Assembly (NCBI GenBank): GCA_963666365.2
Contig: CAXXNF010000002.1
Span: 1,248,001-1,312,000 of the forward strand
DNA: 64,000 nucleotides
Direction of reading: 5' to 3'
From: Syntrophales bacterium
Lineage (GTDB): Bacteria; Desulfobacterota; Syntrophia; Syntrophales; UBA2210
Part shown: positions 1 through 9,972 of the stretch, piece after piece
Numbering within the stretch: the first letter of the stretch is position 1
How the letters are laid out: the number at the start of each line of letters is the position of its first letter
Notes under the pieces: generated by a model
What the model was told of the DNA's origin: nothing
The model's database searches: none
Seen by the model: the letters and a program-made list of their open reading frames with translations, nothing else
Made by a program: the position numbers and the translations under genes

Positions 1-35
1 CAGGTATCTTGTAAAACTCTGGTCTTCCGACGGCG

Positions 36-626
36 CTACCAGACAAGTTCGACCCGCGCCAGCACACTTGTAAAAACGAGCGTGGCATCGCCCGTCCCCG
101 CCACAGACGCTGGTGAAAAAGCAAGACGGTAGGCCTTCCCGTAGGAGGGCTGCACGTAGGGGTAGAAGTGCACCATGAGGGGGGACACTTCCCTTATTTC
201 CCTCACCTCGCGCGGTTCGTGACGATTCCCCTTCCCGTCGATAAGAAAAATTTTCCATATGGAACCGTAGTGAGCAAAGGTGTTCGCCTCTCTGTCGGGA
301 GTATAGGCATAAAAGAGAAATTCCGTCGCGTCCGAGTGAGCGGCATCTTGCCGCGCCCTGCGTTCCGACGCCGACAGATCATAAAACCGTGCATATTCCG
401 TCCAGTAGGCATCATTGAATTCCCGGTGTTTCCATGTAGCAACTATTTTGACCCTTGTTTCAAATTCGGAATATGCAGTCTTCTCCCGCGTCCACTTGTC
501 GAGCGCCCTGCGGTAGTCCTTTGAAAGCGTCACAGGGCGGACGATATCGACATACTCGCCGAGTGCGGCGCATCCGCACAACAGACACGCGCACAGAAGG
601 ATCAGCGCCGGCTTACACTTTCTCAT
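36..626 (-). CDS. Hypothetical lipoprotein
   Basis: ATG at 626 with GGAGGA RBS; signal peptide with lipobox LLCGC; start overlaps the end of purB. Confidence 0.7.
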   Translation of the reverse strand: MRKCKPALILLCACLLCGCAALGEYVDIVRPVTLSKDYRRALDKWTREKTAYSEFETRVKIVATWKHREFNDAYWTEYARFYDLSASERRARQDAAHSDATEFLFYAYTPDREANTFAHYGSIWKIFLIDGKGNRHEPREVREIREVSPLMVHFYPYVQPSYGKAYRLAFSPASVAGTGDATLVFTSVLARVELVW

Positions 627-1923
627 CGCGTCCTCCGAATACCCGGTCAAAAACGGTATCAAGATGGGGCAAAAAGTGTTCCGTCTTGAAGGCATCCTCG
701 ATGTCGTTCTCGGTAAGACGGGACGCCACATCGGGATCTTTCAGAAGCAGATCCTTGAATTCGACTTCTTCGCTCCAGGATTTCATGGCGTTCCTCTGGA
801 CAATCGCATAGGCATCCTCGCGGGAGATTCCGCATTCGATCAGCTTCAGCAGCACCATCTGGGAAAAGACCAATCCATGGGTCATATTCAGATTTCGGAT
901 CATCCGGTCGGGATAGACCACAAGTCTGTCCACCATGCCGATACAGCGGTTCAGCATAAAATCGAGCAGAATCGTCGCATCGGGCCCGATCACTCGTTCG
1001 ACGGAAGAATGACTGATATCGCGCTCATGCCACAGCGCCACATCCTCAAGCGCTGCCAGGGCATAGGCTCTCATGAGCCTCGCCAGGCCCGTCAGATTTT
1101 CCGACAACACGGGATTCCGCTTATGGGGCATTGCCGACGACCCCTTCTGGCCCGGTGAAAAATATTCTTCCGCTTCCCTCACCTCCGTTCTCTGAAGATG
1201 ACGGATTTCGATGGCGAATTTCTCTATGGAAGCCGCGCAGATGGCCAATGCGGAAAAATACTCGGCATGACGGTCTCTCTGCACGATCTGCGTGGAAATG
1301 GGAGCGGGCTTCAATCCCAGTTTCTCGCAGACGTATGCCTCTACGGCAGGATCGACAAGGGAGAATGTTCCCACGGCGCCGGCAATTTTGCCGTAGCTGA
1401 TGGTCTCTTGTGCGCGAAGGAGGCGCTGACGATTCCGTTCCATCTCCTGGAACCAGAGCGCCATTTTCAGACCGAAGGTCACCGGTTCCGCATGGATGCC
1501 GTGGGAACGGCCGATCATCAGGGTATCTTTATGCTGAAAGGCCTTTTCCCTGAGACTTGCGAGCAGTCGATCCACATCGGCAATGATCAGTTCGATTGCC
1601 TCTTTCAGAAGCACCGCCAGCGACGTGTCAAGCACATCGGAGGAGGTCAGCCCCATGTGGATAAACCGGGCATCTTCCCCCACCTTTTCGGATACTGAGG
1701 TCAAAAAGGCGATGACATCGTGTTTTACGGTTTTTTCGATTTCATCGATTCTTGAAATGTCAAAGGCCGCTTTCTCTTTTATATTCTGAAGCGCCGACCG
1801 GGGAATTTTCCCCTCCAACGCCAATGCTTCGCAGGCCAGGATCTCCACATCCAGCCATTTTTGGAACCTGTTTTCCGGACTCCAGATAGAGACCATTTCT
1901 TCCCGTGAATATCTTGGAATCAA
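613..1923 (-). CDS. purB: Adenylosuccinate lyase
   Basis: MIPRYS start, HMGLTSSD, GRSHGIHAEP and the fumarase-family signature GSSAMPHKRNP. Confidence 0.97.
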   Translation of the reverse strand: MIPRYSREEMVSIWSPENRFQKWLDVEILACEALALEGKIPRSALQNIKEKAAFDISRIDEIEKTVKHDVIAFLTSVSEKVGEDARFIHMGLTSSDVLDTSLAVLLKEAIELIIADVDRLLASLREKAFQHKDTLMIGRSHGIHAEPVTFGLKMALWFQEMERNRQRLLRAQETISYGKIAGAVGTFSLVDPAVEAYVCEKLGLKPAPISTQIVQRDRHAEYFSALAICAASIEKFAIEIRHLQRTEVREAEEYFSPGQKGSSAMPHKRNPVLSENLTGLARLMRAYALAALEDVALWHERDISHSSVERVIGPDATILLDFMLNRCIGMVDRLVVYPDRMIRNLNMTHGLVFSQMVLLKLIECGISREDAYAIVQRNAMKSWSEEVEFKDLLLKDPDVASRLTENDIEDAFKTEHFLPHLDTVFDRVFGGRDEKV

Positions 1924-2099
1924 TTTGCGTCACCCCCTGATAGATCAACAATTACTAGTACGATGGAGCAAAGCGAGTCAAGCAAATTTTACATTGCGCC
2001 TGTGTCGTATCGCCGTTTCATCCGTTTGAAGAGCCCCATGAGATACCCCTCTGTTTTACAGGACTTATAAAGTATTTTTTCCGACCGCCAAAAATTAAC

Positions 2100-2148
2100 T
2101 TGACTATATATAGTATCCGTACTAGCATTTTGACCCTACATATTGTGG
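2100..2148 (+). promoter_or_regulatory. Tandem NrdR boxes overlapping a sigma70 promoter
   Basis: tgaCTATATATAGtat (2101-2116) and accCTACATATTGtgg (2133-2148), 32 bp apart, fit acaCwAtATaTwGtgt; TTGACT-17bp-TAGCAT at 2100-2128; directly upstream of nrdD. Confidence 0.88.
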
Positions 2149-2174
2149 TTTTCAATGCATGAGGGGGGGAGACC

Positions 2175-4283
2175 ATGCGCACAAAAATAAGAAAACGGGA
2201 TGGGCGGCTTGTTGCGTTTGACGCCGAAAAGATCACCCACGCCATCGCCCTTGCCGGGAGTGCAACGGGAGAATTCGACAAAAAGGTTGCAAAACGCCTG
2301 ACCATACGGGTGCTTAATCTCGCCGATACACTTTTTGACGATGAAGTCATCGGCGTAGAAGAGATACAGGACATCGTCGAAGAGGTACTGCTCTCTTCCT
2401 CATACAGGAAAACGGCAAAGGCCTATATCATCTACCGTGATCAGCATGCCCGCCTCCGCGAGATCGCCAACAGGATGGAAGTGGATCTGGTGGATCAATA
2501 CTTGAGGAAAATTGACTGGAAGATTAATGAAAACAGTAATATGGATTATTCACTCCAGGGTCTCAACAACTACATATCCTCTGAAGTGAGCAAGGTATAC
2601 TGGCTCAATAAAATCTATACGCCTGAAATAAAAGAGGCCCACATGAGGGGGGACTTCCATATCCATGATTTAAGTCTGCTTTCCGTTTACTGTGTCGGCT
2701 GGGATCTCTACGATCTGCTCATGGAGGGTTTCAAAGGCGTATCAGGCAAAGTAGAGAGCAAACCGGCCCATCACCTTCGCAGCGCCCTGGGACAGGTGGT
2801 GAATTTTTTCTACACACTGCAGGGAGAAGCGGCAGGCGCCCAGGCCTTTTCGAGCTTCGACACGCTTCTGGCGCCCTTTATCAGGCATGACGGATTGGGG
2901 TATCCAGAGGTGCGTCAGGTACTTCAGGAATTTATTTTCAACATCAACGTTCCCACGCGGGTCGGTTTTCAGACACCCTTCACCAACGTGACCCTCGATG
3001 TCAAGGTACCCCGCTTTTACGCCGACCAGAGCGTAATTATCGGAGGGAAACCGCAGAAGGAAACCTATGGAGAATTCCAGTATGAGATGGACATCTTCAA
3101 TCGCGCCTTTTTAGAAGTCATGTCGGAAGGAGACGCGAAGGGGAGAGTTTTCACCTTTCCCATACCCACCTACAACATAGGCAGGGACTTTGAGTGGGAT
3201 AACGCCAATCTCGATTACCTCTGGCAGATGACGTCCAAATACGGCGTTCCTTATTTTTCCAACTTCGTCAATTCCGACATGCACCCTGAAGATGCGCGGA
3301 GCATGTGCTGTCGATTGAGAATAGACAATCGCGAGCTTGAAAAACGGGGAGGTGGTCTTTTCGGTTCGAATCCCCTTACGGGGTCCATCGGGGTCATCAC
3401 CATCAATATGCCGAGAATCGGCTATCTGTCGTCAACGGAAGAAGAATTCATAAAGAGACTGGACAGTCTGATGGTAATGGCAAAGGAAAGCCTGGAAACG
3501 AAACGAAAGGTGCTGGAGGCGTACACGGACAGCAATCTTTATCCCTACACTAAGTACTATCTGAGAAAAATGAAAGAACGCTTCGGCGCCTACTGGAAAA
3601 ATCACTTTTCCACTATCGGCCTGGTCGGCATGAACGAAGCGTGCCTGAACTTTCTCGGCGTCACCATCGCCGACCCGCGCGGAAGCGCCTTTGCAAAGAA
3701 GATACTCGATTTCATGCGGAATCGTCTCATCGATTTTCAGCAGGAAACGGGTGATAATTTCAATCTGGAAGCCACGCCGGCCGAAGGCACCTCATACAGT
3801 CTGGCCAGGATCGATCGGCAGCGCTACCCCGAAATGATCTTTGCAAACGGGAACGGCCATGCCTCAGGCGCCCCCGGATCGAAAATACCCGGGGAAGTGT
3901 TCTACACCAATTCGACACAATTGCCGGTCAACTTTACCGACGATATTTTCGAAGCCCTCGATCTTCAGGATGAAATTCAGTCGCGATACACCGGCGGCAC
4001 GGTATTTCATATTTTTGCCGGCGAGCGCACCGACGATCCCCGCACAATCAAACAACTGGTGCGCACAATCTGCACTGCCTATCACCTGCCCTATTTCACC
4101 TTTTCCCCCACATTCAGCGTCTGTCCTCACCACGGATACCTGAGGGGCGAGCAGGATACCTGCCCGGAATGTGGGGATACATGCGAGGTGTATTCGCGCA
4201 TCGTCGGATATCTGAGACCGGTCAAACAGTGGAACAAAGGGAAACAAACGGAATTCAAAATGCGAAAAACCTTCGCCCTTTAG
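2175..4283 (+). CDS. nrdD: Class III anaerobic ribonucleoside-triphosphate reductase with ATP cone
   Basis: N-terminal ATP cone (KRDGRLVAFD), HIHDL, SMCCRL, EATPAEG, C-terminal CxxH/CxxC metal site, glycyl-radical motif RIVGYL. Confidence 0.96.
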   Translation: MRTKIRKRDGRLVAFDAEKITHAIALAGSATGEFDKKVAKRLTIRVLNLADTLFDDEVIGVEEIQDIVEEVLLSSSYRKTAKAYIIYRDQHARLREIANRMEVDLVDQYLRKIDWKINENSNMDYSLQGLNNYISSEVSKVYWLNKIYTPEIKEAHMRGDFHIHDLSLLSVYCVGWDLYDLLMEGFKGVSGKVESKPAHHLRSALGQVVNFFYTLQGEAAGAQAFSSFDTLLAPFIRHDGLGYPEVRQVLQEFIFNINVPTRVGFQTPFTNVTLDVKVPRFYADQSVIIGGKPQKETYGEFQYEMDIFNRAFLEVMSEGDAKGRVFTFPIPTYNIGRDFEWDNANLDYLWQMTSKYGVPYFSNFVNSDMHPEDARSMCCRLRIDNRELEKRGGGLFGSNPLTGSIGVITINMPRIGYLSSTEEEFIKRLDSLMVMAKESLETKRKVLEAYTDSNLYPYTKYYLRKMKERFGAYWKNHFSTIGLVGMNEACLNFLGVTIADPRGSAFAKKILDFMRNRLIDFQQETGDNFNLEATPAEGTSYSLARIDRQRYPEMIFANGNGHASGAPGSKIPGEVFYTNSTQLPVNFTDDIFEALDLQDEIQSRYTGGTVFHIFAGERTDDPRTIKQLVRTICTAYHLPYFTFSPTFSVCPHHGYLRGEQDTCPECGDTCEVYSRIVGYLRPVKQWNKGKQTEFKMRKTFAL

Positions 4284-4287
4284 ACCA

Positions 4288-4980
4288 ATGGCAATAGGAG
4301 GCCTGCAAAGATTTTCCCTTATTGACTATCCGGGAACAGTCTGCGCCACTCTATTCACACAGGGCTGTACCTTTCGCTGTCCCTACTGTCACAATCCGGA
4401 ACTTGTCGACAAAAGGCTTTTTCAGGAACCCATTCCCCCTGCCGACGTAATCGATTTTTTGAAGACGCGACAGGGAAAACTCGGGGGGGTCTGCATTACC
4501 GGGGGCGAACCGACAATTCATGGAGACGAGCTGATCCGCCTGGCAGAAGAGATCGGACAGTTGGGATTCCGCATAAAGATCGATACGAACGGTTCCCGTC
4601 CCGCTGTCTTGAAATCACTGCTGAGGCATAATCTTCTCGACTATATTGCCATGGACATCAAGGCGCCGCTTTCAGACTACGCACGGGTTGTCGGCGCCCC
4701 CGTCGATCCCGCAGGCATAGAGGAAAGTATCGATCTGATCATGAGATCCTCTCTCGACTACGAATTCAGAACAACGGTGGTAAAATCACTCCTGAGCCCA
4801 TCGGCTCTGGAGAAAATCGGGAGGCGCATCAAGGGCGCCCGACGGTATGTCCTTCAGAAATTTAATCCTCAAAAGACCCTGAACAGTGCATACAGGAGGG
4901 AAACAACCTATGGCGATGATGAATTTGATGCGATTGTGACAATGCTGCAACGCCTGCTCCCCTCGGTAATCCTCCGGTAG
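4288..4980 (+). CDS. nrdG: Anaerobic RNR activating enzyme (radical SAM)
   Basis: CTFRCPYCHNP (CxxxCxxC), ITGGEPT, DTNGS; immediately after nrdD. Confidence 0.93.
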   Translation: MAIGGLQRFSLIDYPGTVCATLFTQGCTFRCPYCHNPELVDKRLFQEPIPPADVIDFLKTRQGKLGGVCITGGEPTIHGDELIRLAEEIGQLGFRIKIDTNGSRPAVLKSLLRHNLLDYIAMDIKAPLSDYARVVGAPVDPAGIEESIDLIMRSSLDYEFRTTVVKSLLSPSALEKIGRRIKGARRYVLQKFNPQKTLNSAYRRETTYGDDEFDAIVTMLQRLLPSVILR

Positions 4981-5118
4981 GGCGGTACAGGCGCCCTCAT
5001 GGTCCGGCCAGTCGCCGCCAATATCTGACCTGCGCTTCAGGAAGCGGAAATCGACTTGTCAACACATGCAATATCTGATAGGTAGGGAAAATTCGCAACA
5101 GAGGTGAAGTGTTATCAG

Positions 5119-6129
5119 ATGGATAGAGAAGAACAACGGGATGATTCAATCGCACAGGCACGGGAAGTATTGGAGATTGAAGCAGAAAGTATTCTGAATC
5201 TGATCCCCAGGATAGACAGTAATTTTTCAAAAGCCGTCGAAATTATTTCCTCATGCCGGGGAAGGGTGATTGTAAGCGGACTCGGGAAATCCGGTCTGAT
5301 CGGCAAGAAAATAGTGGCAACCCTCACCAGCACGGGAACACCGGCGCTGTTTCTCCATCCCGTCGAGGGGCTCCACGGAGATCTGGGAATCGTTACAACG
5401 GACGATGTGATTCTTGCCATTTCCAACAGCGGAGAAACACAGGAGTTAAACACCCTTACCTTAAGTCTTCGTAAAATAGGGGTCCCCCTCATAGCATTTA
5501 CGGGAAACCGGTCGTCGACGCTTGCACGGTCCAGCGATGCCTGCCTAGATGTAGGGGTGGTCAGAGAGGCCTGTCCTTTCGGCCTGGCGCCCACATCAAG
5601 TTCGACGGCAACATTGGCAATGGGCGATGCCCTTGCGGTCGCCCTTGTTAAAAAGAAGAAATTTACCGAGGAAGATTTTTATAAATTTCATCCCGGGGGA
5701 AATTTGGGACTCAGACTGCTCGCACAGGTCAGAGAGGCGATGATCACCGGGGGGGCTATACCAAAGGTAATTTCAGGAACACTCATCGCCGAGGCCGTAC
5801 AGGTAATGGATGAAAAGAACTTCGGCTTTGTCCTCATCACCGCCAGCGACAACCTGTTACTGGGCATTCTTACCGATGGAGACCTGCGACGATCGATCAG
5901 AAAAGGCATCGACCTGAATGGAAAAAGGGTGGACGATTTCATGACCACTTCGCCCCGCACCATCTCATCATCCTCCTCGCTTGCGGAGGCCGTGGAAACA
6001 ATGCAGCGGCACGAAATCACCACATTGGTCGTGATCGACGAAAAGGGCTATCTGGAAGGATATGTGCATCTTCATGATATTCTGGGACGCGGAGGCACCA
6101 TACGGATGTCGCTTCCACGGGAAGTATGA
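5119..6129 (+). CDS. kdsD: Arabinose-5-phosphate isomerase (KpsF/GutQ family, SIS + CBS domains)
   Basis: GLGKSG, EGLHGDLG, SNSGET, APTSS, FHPGG and a C-terminal CBS pair; ATG at 5119 chosen (GTG at 5104 is the alternative). Confidence 0.92.
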   Translation: MDREEQRDDSIAQAREVLEIEAESILNLIPRIDSNFSKAVEIISSCRGRVIVSGLGKSGLIGKKIVATLTSTGTPALFLHPVEGLHGDLGIVTTDDVILAISNSGETQELNTLTLSLRKIGVPLIAFTGNRSSTLARSSDACLDVGVVREACPFGLAPTSSSTATLAMGDALAVALVKKKKFTEEDFYKFHPGGNLGLRLLAQVREAMITGGAIPKVISGTLIAEAVQVMDEKNFGFVLITASDNLLLGILTDGDLRRSIRKGIDLNGKRVDDFMTTSPRTISSSSSLAEAVETMQRHEITTLVVIDEKGYLEGYVHLHDILGRGGTIRMSLPREV

Positions 6130-6191
6130 AAACACCCACGCAGGCGCCGTCTCACCGGCGCCTGCGGTGTGAAGCGGGAAGGTTGCAGGGC

Positions 6192-6752
6192 ATGAACACA
6201 AATGAGTTGATAGTGCGGTGTCTCAAGTGCGGTCAGAAAAACAGAATACCGGAAAATCATCTCAATGATTCGCCCCGTTGCGGCAGGTGCGGCGCCTCTC
6301 TGGACGAGCTGTTCATACAATGCCTCACCTGCCACAAACTGAATCGAATTCCTGAAGACCGGCTGTACGATCTTCCCCTCTGTGGAAACTGCGGGTCACA
6401 GCTTTACGATGATTATGTACTCGATGTCTCATCGGAAAGTTTCGAAGAAGATGTGCTGAAACAAAGCGGTCTCGTGCTCCTTTGCTGCTATACGCCTGAC
6501 TGTGTTTTGTGCCGCAAGGCAATGCCGGTGCTGAAAAAACTGGCGCCCAGATATCTGGGCAATGTAAGGCTGGTTCGTTTGGACATCAGGAAACACGCCG
6601 AAATTGCGTCGCACTATGCGGTCGAAAGAACACCCACCTATCTGCTTTTCAGGGACGGGATCCATGTCGACACCATTGTGGGCGTCACCGCGATCGCAGA
6701 GATAGAAAAAAAACTTCGAAAGATAGCTGCAGGGGCACAGAACACATTATAA
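6192..6752 (+). CDS. TrxC-like thioredoxin with two N-terminal zinc ribbons
   Basis: Two CxxC-xxxNRIP-x8-CGxC units, then a thioredoxin fold with CVLC and cis-Pro motif TPT; start may be 6126. Confidence 0.75.
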   Translation: MNTNELIVRCLKCGQKNRIPENHLNDSPRCGRCGASLDELFIQCLTCHKLNRIPEDRLYDLPLCGNCGSQLYDDYVLDVSSESFEEDVLKQSGLVLLCCYTPDCVLCRKAMPVLKKLAPRYLGNVRLVRLDIRKHAEIASHYAVERTPTYLLFRDGIHVDTIVGVTAIAEIEKKLRKIAAGAQNTL

Positions 6753-6776
6753 GAAAAGGGCAACAGGATTATCCAA

Positions 6777-7631
6777 ATGAGTTATCCCCTTCTCGATGAT
6801 AAAGCACGCGTCCTTGACAGGATACGTACCACGATGGGACAGGCATCGGTGAATTACCGGCACTGCCTCGACACTATCAAGGATCAAAATCTCAAGGGAA
6901 CGCGATGGCGTGCGGCGGCGGTGCTCCTTCCGCTGTATTTCAAGCCTGCCGGTGAAGGCAGAAACAGAAACGATGAATTTGTGCTGCAATTGATCAAACG
7001 ATCTACCGCCGTCACACAGGGAGGGGACATAAGCGCCCCCGGCGGCATGCTGAGCCCCCGTATTGACGGCTTTCTGAAATCTCTCCTTCTCCTGGGATTT
7101 CCTCCCGCACTCAGGGGAAAGGCTCGACGGCATGTGAAGAAAAAAGGGGCCCGTGAATTTTCGACCGTTGCACTTTTTTTTGCCAACGCCCTGCGGGAAT
7201 CATGGGAAGAAATTCATTTAAATCCCTTCAATGTCGACTTTCTCGGCGCGCTTCCCACTCAGAACCTGATCCTTTTTACGCGCACAATTTTCCCTCTCGT
7301 CGGCGAGGTGAAGCGGCCATGGAAATTTCGCCCCAATGCGGAAGTCGACAAGGTTATCGAAATTCCCCTTCATGCGTTTTTCAATGCCGACAACTACGGC
7401 ATCTATTGCATACACAGCAACACAGGAGGAGAAGAATCTTATTTCGAATCGCCCTGCTTTATCTGTCGGGATGAGGACGATGTTGAGGAAATACTGTGGG
7501 GCGCCACTCTTCGTATTATCACTCAGTTTCTCGAATATACATTCGGCTTTCGAGCGCCGGCAAAACCACCATCGCGCATGGTGAAAAAAACCCTTCATCC
7601 TGAATATATGACCGGAAATGGCGACCGATAG
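6777..7631 (+). CDS. Nudix hydrolase, CoA pyrophosphatase-like
   Basis: AAVLLPL, KRS...GDISAPGG, ALRESWEEI, NAEV and ILWGAT motifs. Confidence 0.8.
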   Translation: MSYPLLDDKARVLDRIRTTMGQASVNYRHCLDTIKDQNLKGTRWRAAAVLLPLYFKPAGEGRNRNDEFVLQLIKRSTAVTQGGDISAPGGMLSPRIDGFLKSLLLLGFPPALRGKARRHVKKKGAREFSTVALFFANALRESWEEIHLNPFNVDFLGALPTQNLILFTRTIFPLVGEVKRPWKFRPNAEVDKVIEIPLHAFFNADNYGIYCIHSNTGGEESYFESPCFICRDEDDVEEILWGATLRIITQFLEYTFGFRAPAKPPSRMVKKTLHPEYMTGNGDR

Positions 7632-7686
7632 ATAACAGGGACGTTGCCTGATCCATGTGCGCGACATCCCGCGCGCAGGGAGACCT

Positions 7687-7832
7687 GAGACCTGTGCACA
7701 ATCTCATAAAATCATCAATTTCGTCATACCGGAAGATCCCGAATCAAGTCCGGGAGGTATCCAGTTTTTTCACGCACGTTCTGGATTCCGGGTCACGCCC
7801 GGAATGACAATAAAGGAAATTATGCAGGTCTC
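7687..7832. mobile_element. MITE-like palindromic element, copy 1
   Basis: Ends GAGACCTGTGCA...TGCAGGTCTC; internal GTCATACCGG...CCGGAATGAC inverted repeat; flanked by GACCT direct repeat; closely similar to 10199-10343. Confidence 0.7.
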
Positions 7833-7887
7833 GACCTGTTCGGTGAAAAGAGCCCATAACCCGTCTGTGCTCTCTATTGCCTGATGG

Positions 7888-8172
7888 TTACTCTACTATG
7901 ATCACATCTTTATTCAACTGCAGCACCTTCGATCCCACTCCGGGCACTTTTGTGATGTCCTCCGGAGTCTTAAAGGGGCCGTTTTCTTCTCTGTACTGCA
8001 CAATGCGCTGTGCCAGCTTGGCACCCACGTGCTTAAGCGCGACGAGCTCTTCCGCTGAAGCCATATTAATATTTATTTTCGCTGCATCTGCAGCCTGTAC
8101 GAAGGGAACGCACGTTGCCGCAAAAACCAGAACAGCCAGAATTGTCACTGCCTTTTTGATCGCTTGTTTCAT
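7888..8172 (-). CDS. comEA: ComEA-family helix-hairpin-helix DNA-binding protein
   Basis: Signal peptide, then KININMASAEEL, VGAKLAQRIVQYR, GPFK, VPGVG; AAGGAG RBS. Confidence 0.88.
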   Translation of the reverse strand: MKQAIKKAVTILAVLVFAATCVPFVQAADAAKININMASAEELVALKHVGAKLAQRIVQYREENGPFKTPEDITKVPGVGSKVLQLNKDVIIVE

Positions 8173-8656
8173 TTGCCTCTCCTTTTTCACAACAGTATTT
8201 GATGGGTTATGGGCGCTCACTGCACAAAGACGGCAAAGGATGAGACAAATGCAGGAGTGCGGTCTACTCCGCATCCCTTCATTGCGGGCTGCTGCGTTTC
8301 ATACCCCCTTAAAGGGAGGCAAAAGGGCAACGTGGCAGAATAGGGTGTTCTGATTCGGGGAAGGTTTCGGAAGCGGAGAAGTGATACTGGCTACAAATGA
8401 TGGTGCCGTGATGATGCCGATTATATCGGTACAGGGTTGCGTCGCCGGCAGCAGGCCTTCTCGTCTGGCCGCCTTGCGCGACGATATTCTCTAATATACC
8501 GGTTCAAAATGCAACCCTATTTTATCGGAGGGCCAAGATACTTGACATCTTCATCTTTCTACATTACTAAGCCCTGTAAGGTGGCAAGGCGTACCGGTCA
8601 TAAAATGACTGTATGTAATTCTCCCATGGAACAGCAGAACAGAAAGGATCTCATCA

Positions 8657-9796
8657 ATGATCGACTTTACTCTGACGGAAGAACAAAGAGCGCTGCAGGA
8701 ACTGGCCCGCAATTTTGCAAAAAAGGAAATCATTCCCGTGGCGCTCAAATACGACAAGGAACCCTTCGTTCCCGATGAAATTGTAAAAAGGGCACACGCC
8801 GCAGGGCTGATGAACATGACCACGCCGAGGGAATATGGCGGACACGGCATGGGCCAGCTGGAAGCATCGCTCATGAATGAGGAAATTCTTGCCGGTTGCG
8901 CGGGCATAGGCGGCATGATAGGCATAAATTCTCTGGCCTGTGGGCCTATTCTGGTAGGCGGATCGGACGAGCAGAAGCGTCGCTTTCTTGTCCCTCTCTG
9001 CGATGCCGGGGAAACGGCCTCTTTCGGCTTGACCGAGCGAGAAGCCGGCTCTGATGCGGCCGGGGTAAGAACCAAAGCGGTTCGCCAGGGAGACAGTTAC
9101 CTGTTAAACGGACAGAAATGCTTTATCACTAACGCAAGCTACGCATCGCTCTACACCATATTCGCCACCGTAGATTCCTCGAAGGGAACAAAGGGAATCA
9201 CCGCCTTTGTAGTTTCCCGTAAATCCCCCGGCCTTTCCATCGGCAAAGTAGAAGATAAGATGGGCATGCGGGCACTCAATGTGGCGGAAGTTAATCTTGA
9301 TGACGTGGTCGTTCCTGTCGAAAATGTGCTTGGCGGAGAGGGGGACGGCTTCAAAATCGCCATGAAGACCCTTGATGAAGGCCGCGTCAACATCGCAACA
9401 ACGGGACTGGGCATTGCCCGGGCCGCTTTTGAAGCCGCACTGGCCTATGCAAAAGAGCGTAAACAATTCGGCAGACCAGTCGGAACCTTTCAGGCACTCA
9501 ATTTTATGCTGGCCGACATGGCTGCCGCTGTCGAGGCGTCACGGCTTCTCACATGGTACGCCGCATCGAAGGCCGACCATGAACTCCCCTTTTCAAGAGA
9601 GGCGGCGCAGGCAAAATTCTTTGCCTGTGATACCGCCATGCGCGTGACCACCGATGCGGTTCAGATTCATGGAGGCTACGGATACACAAAAGAATTCATG
9701 GTTGAAAAACTCATGCGCGATGCCAAACTTACTCAGATTTATGAAGGAACCAACCAGGTAAACCGCATAGTGGCGGGCGGCGCCCTCATGCGCTGA
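8657..9796 (+). CDS. Acyl-CoA dehydrogenase
   Basis: LTEREAGSD, NGQKCFITN, RKQFG, QIHGGYGY and IYEGTNQ with the catalytic Glu. Confidence 0.96.
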   Translation: MIDFTLTEEQRALQELARNFAKKEIIPVALKYDKEPFVPDEIVKRAHAAGLMNMTTPREYGGHGMGQLEASLMNEEILAGCAGIGGMIGINSLACGPILVGGSDEQKRRFLVPLCDAGETASFGLTEREAGSDAAGVRTKAVRQGDSYLLNGQKCFITNASYASLYTIFATVDSSKGTKGITAFVVSRKSPGLSIGKVEDKMGMRALNVAEVNLDDVVVPVENVLGGEGDGFKIAMKTLDEGRVNIATTGLGIARAAFEAALAYAKERKQFGRPVGTFQALNFMLADMAAAVEASRLLTWYAASKADHELPFSREAAQAKFFACDTAMRVTTDAVQIHGGYGYTKEFMVEKLMRDAKLTQIYEGTNQVNRIVAGGALMR

Positions 9797-9893
9797 TTCA
9801 CTTCTGACTACCCCGTTCTCAGTAAGTGATGCGCAGCTCAATGCGGTTTCCGATGCAGGGGCATGAGGAGCTTCTCAGTAACAGGTTCATGTT

Positions 9894-9972
9894 TTCCCGC
9901 AGAGACGCCAAGAGGCAGAGAAAAGAATTTTATCTCTTCTTGTCCTCAGCGCCTCTGCGCCTCTGCGCGAGA
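9894..9972. repeat. REP-like imperfect hairpin made of CGCAGAG/CTCTGCG units
   Basis: TCCCGCAGAGACGCCAAGAGGCAGAG pairs imperfectly with CTCAGCGCCTCTGCGCCTCTGCGCGAGA. Confidence 0.55.
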
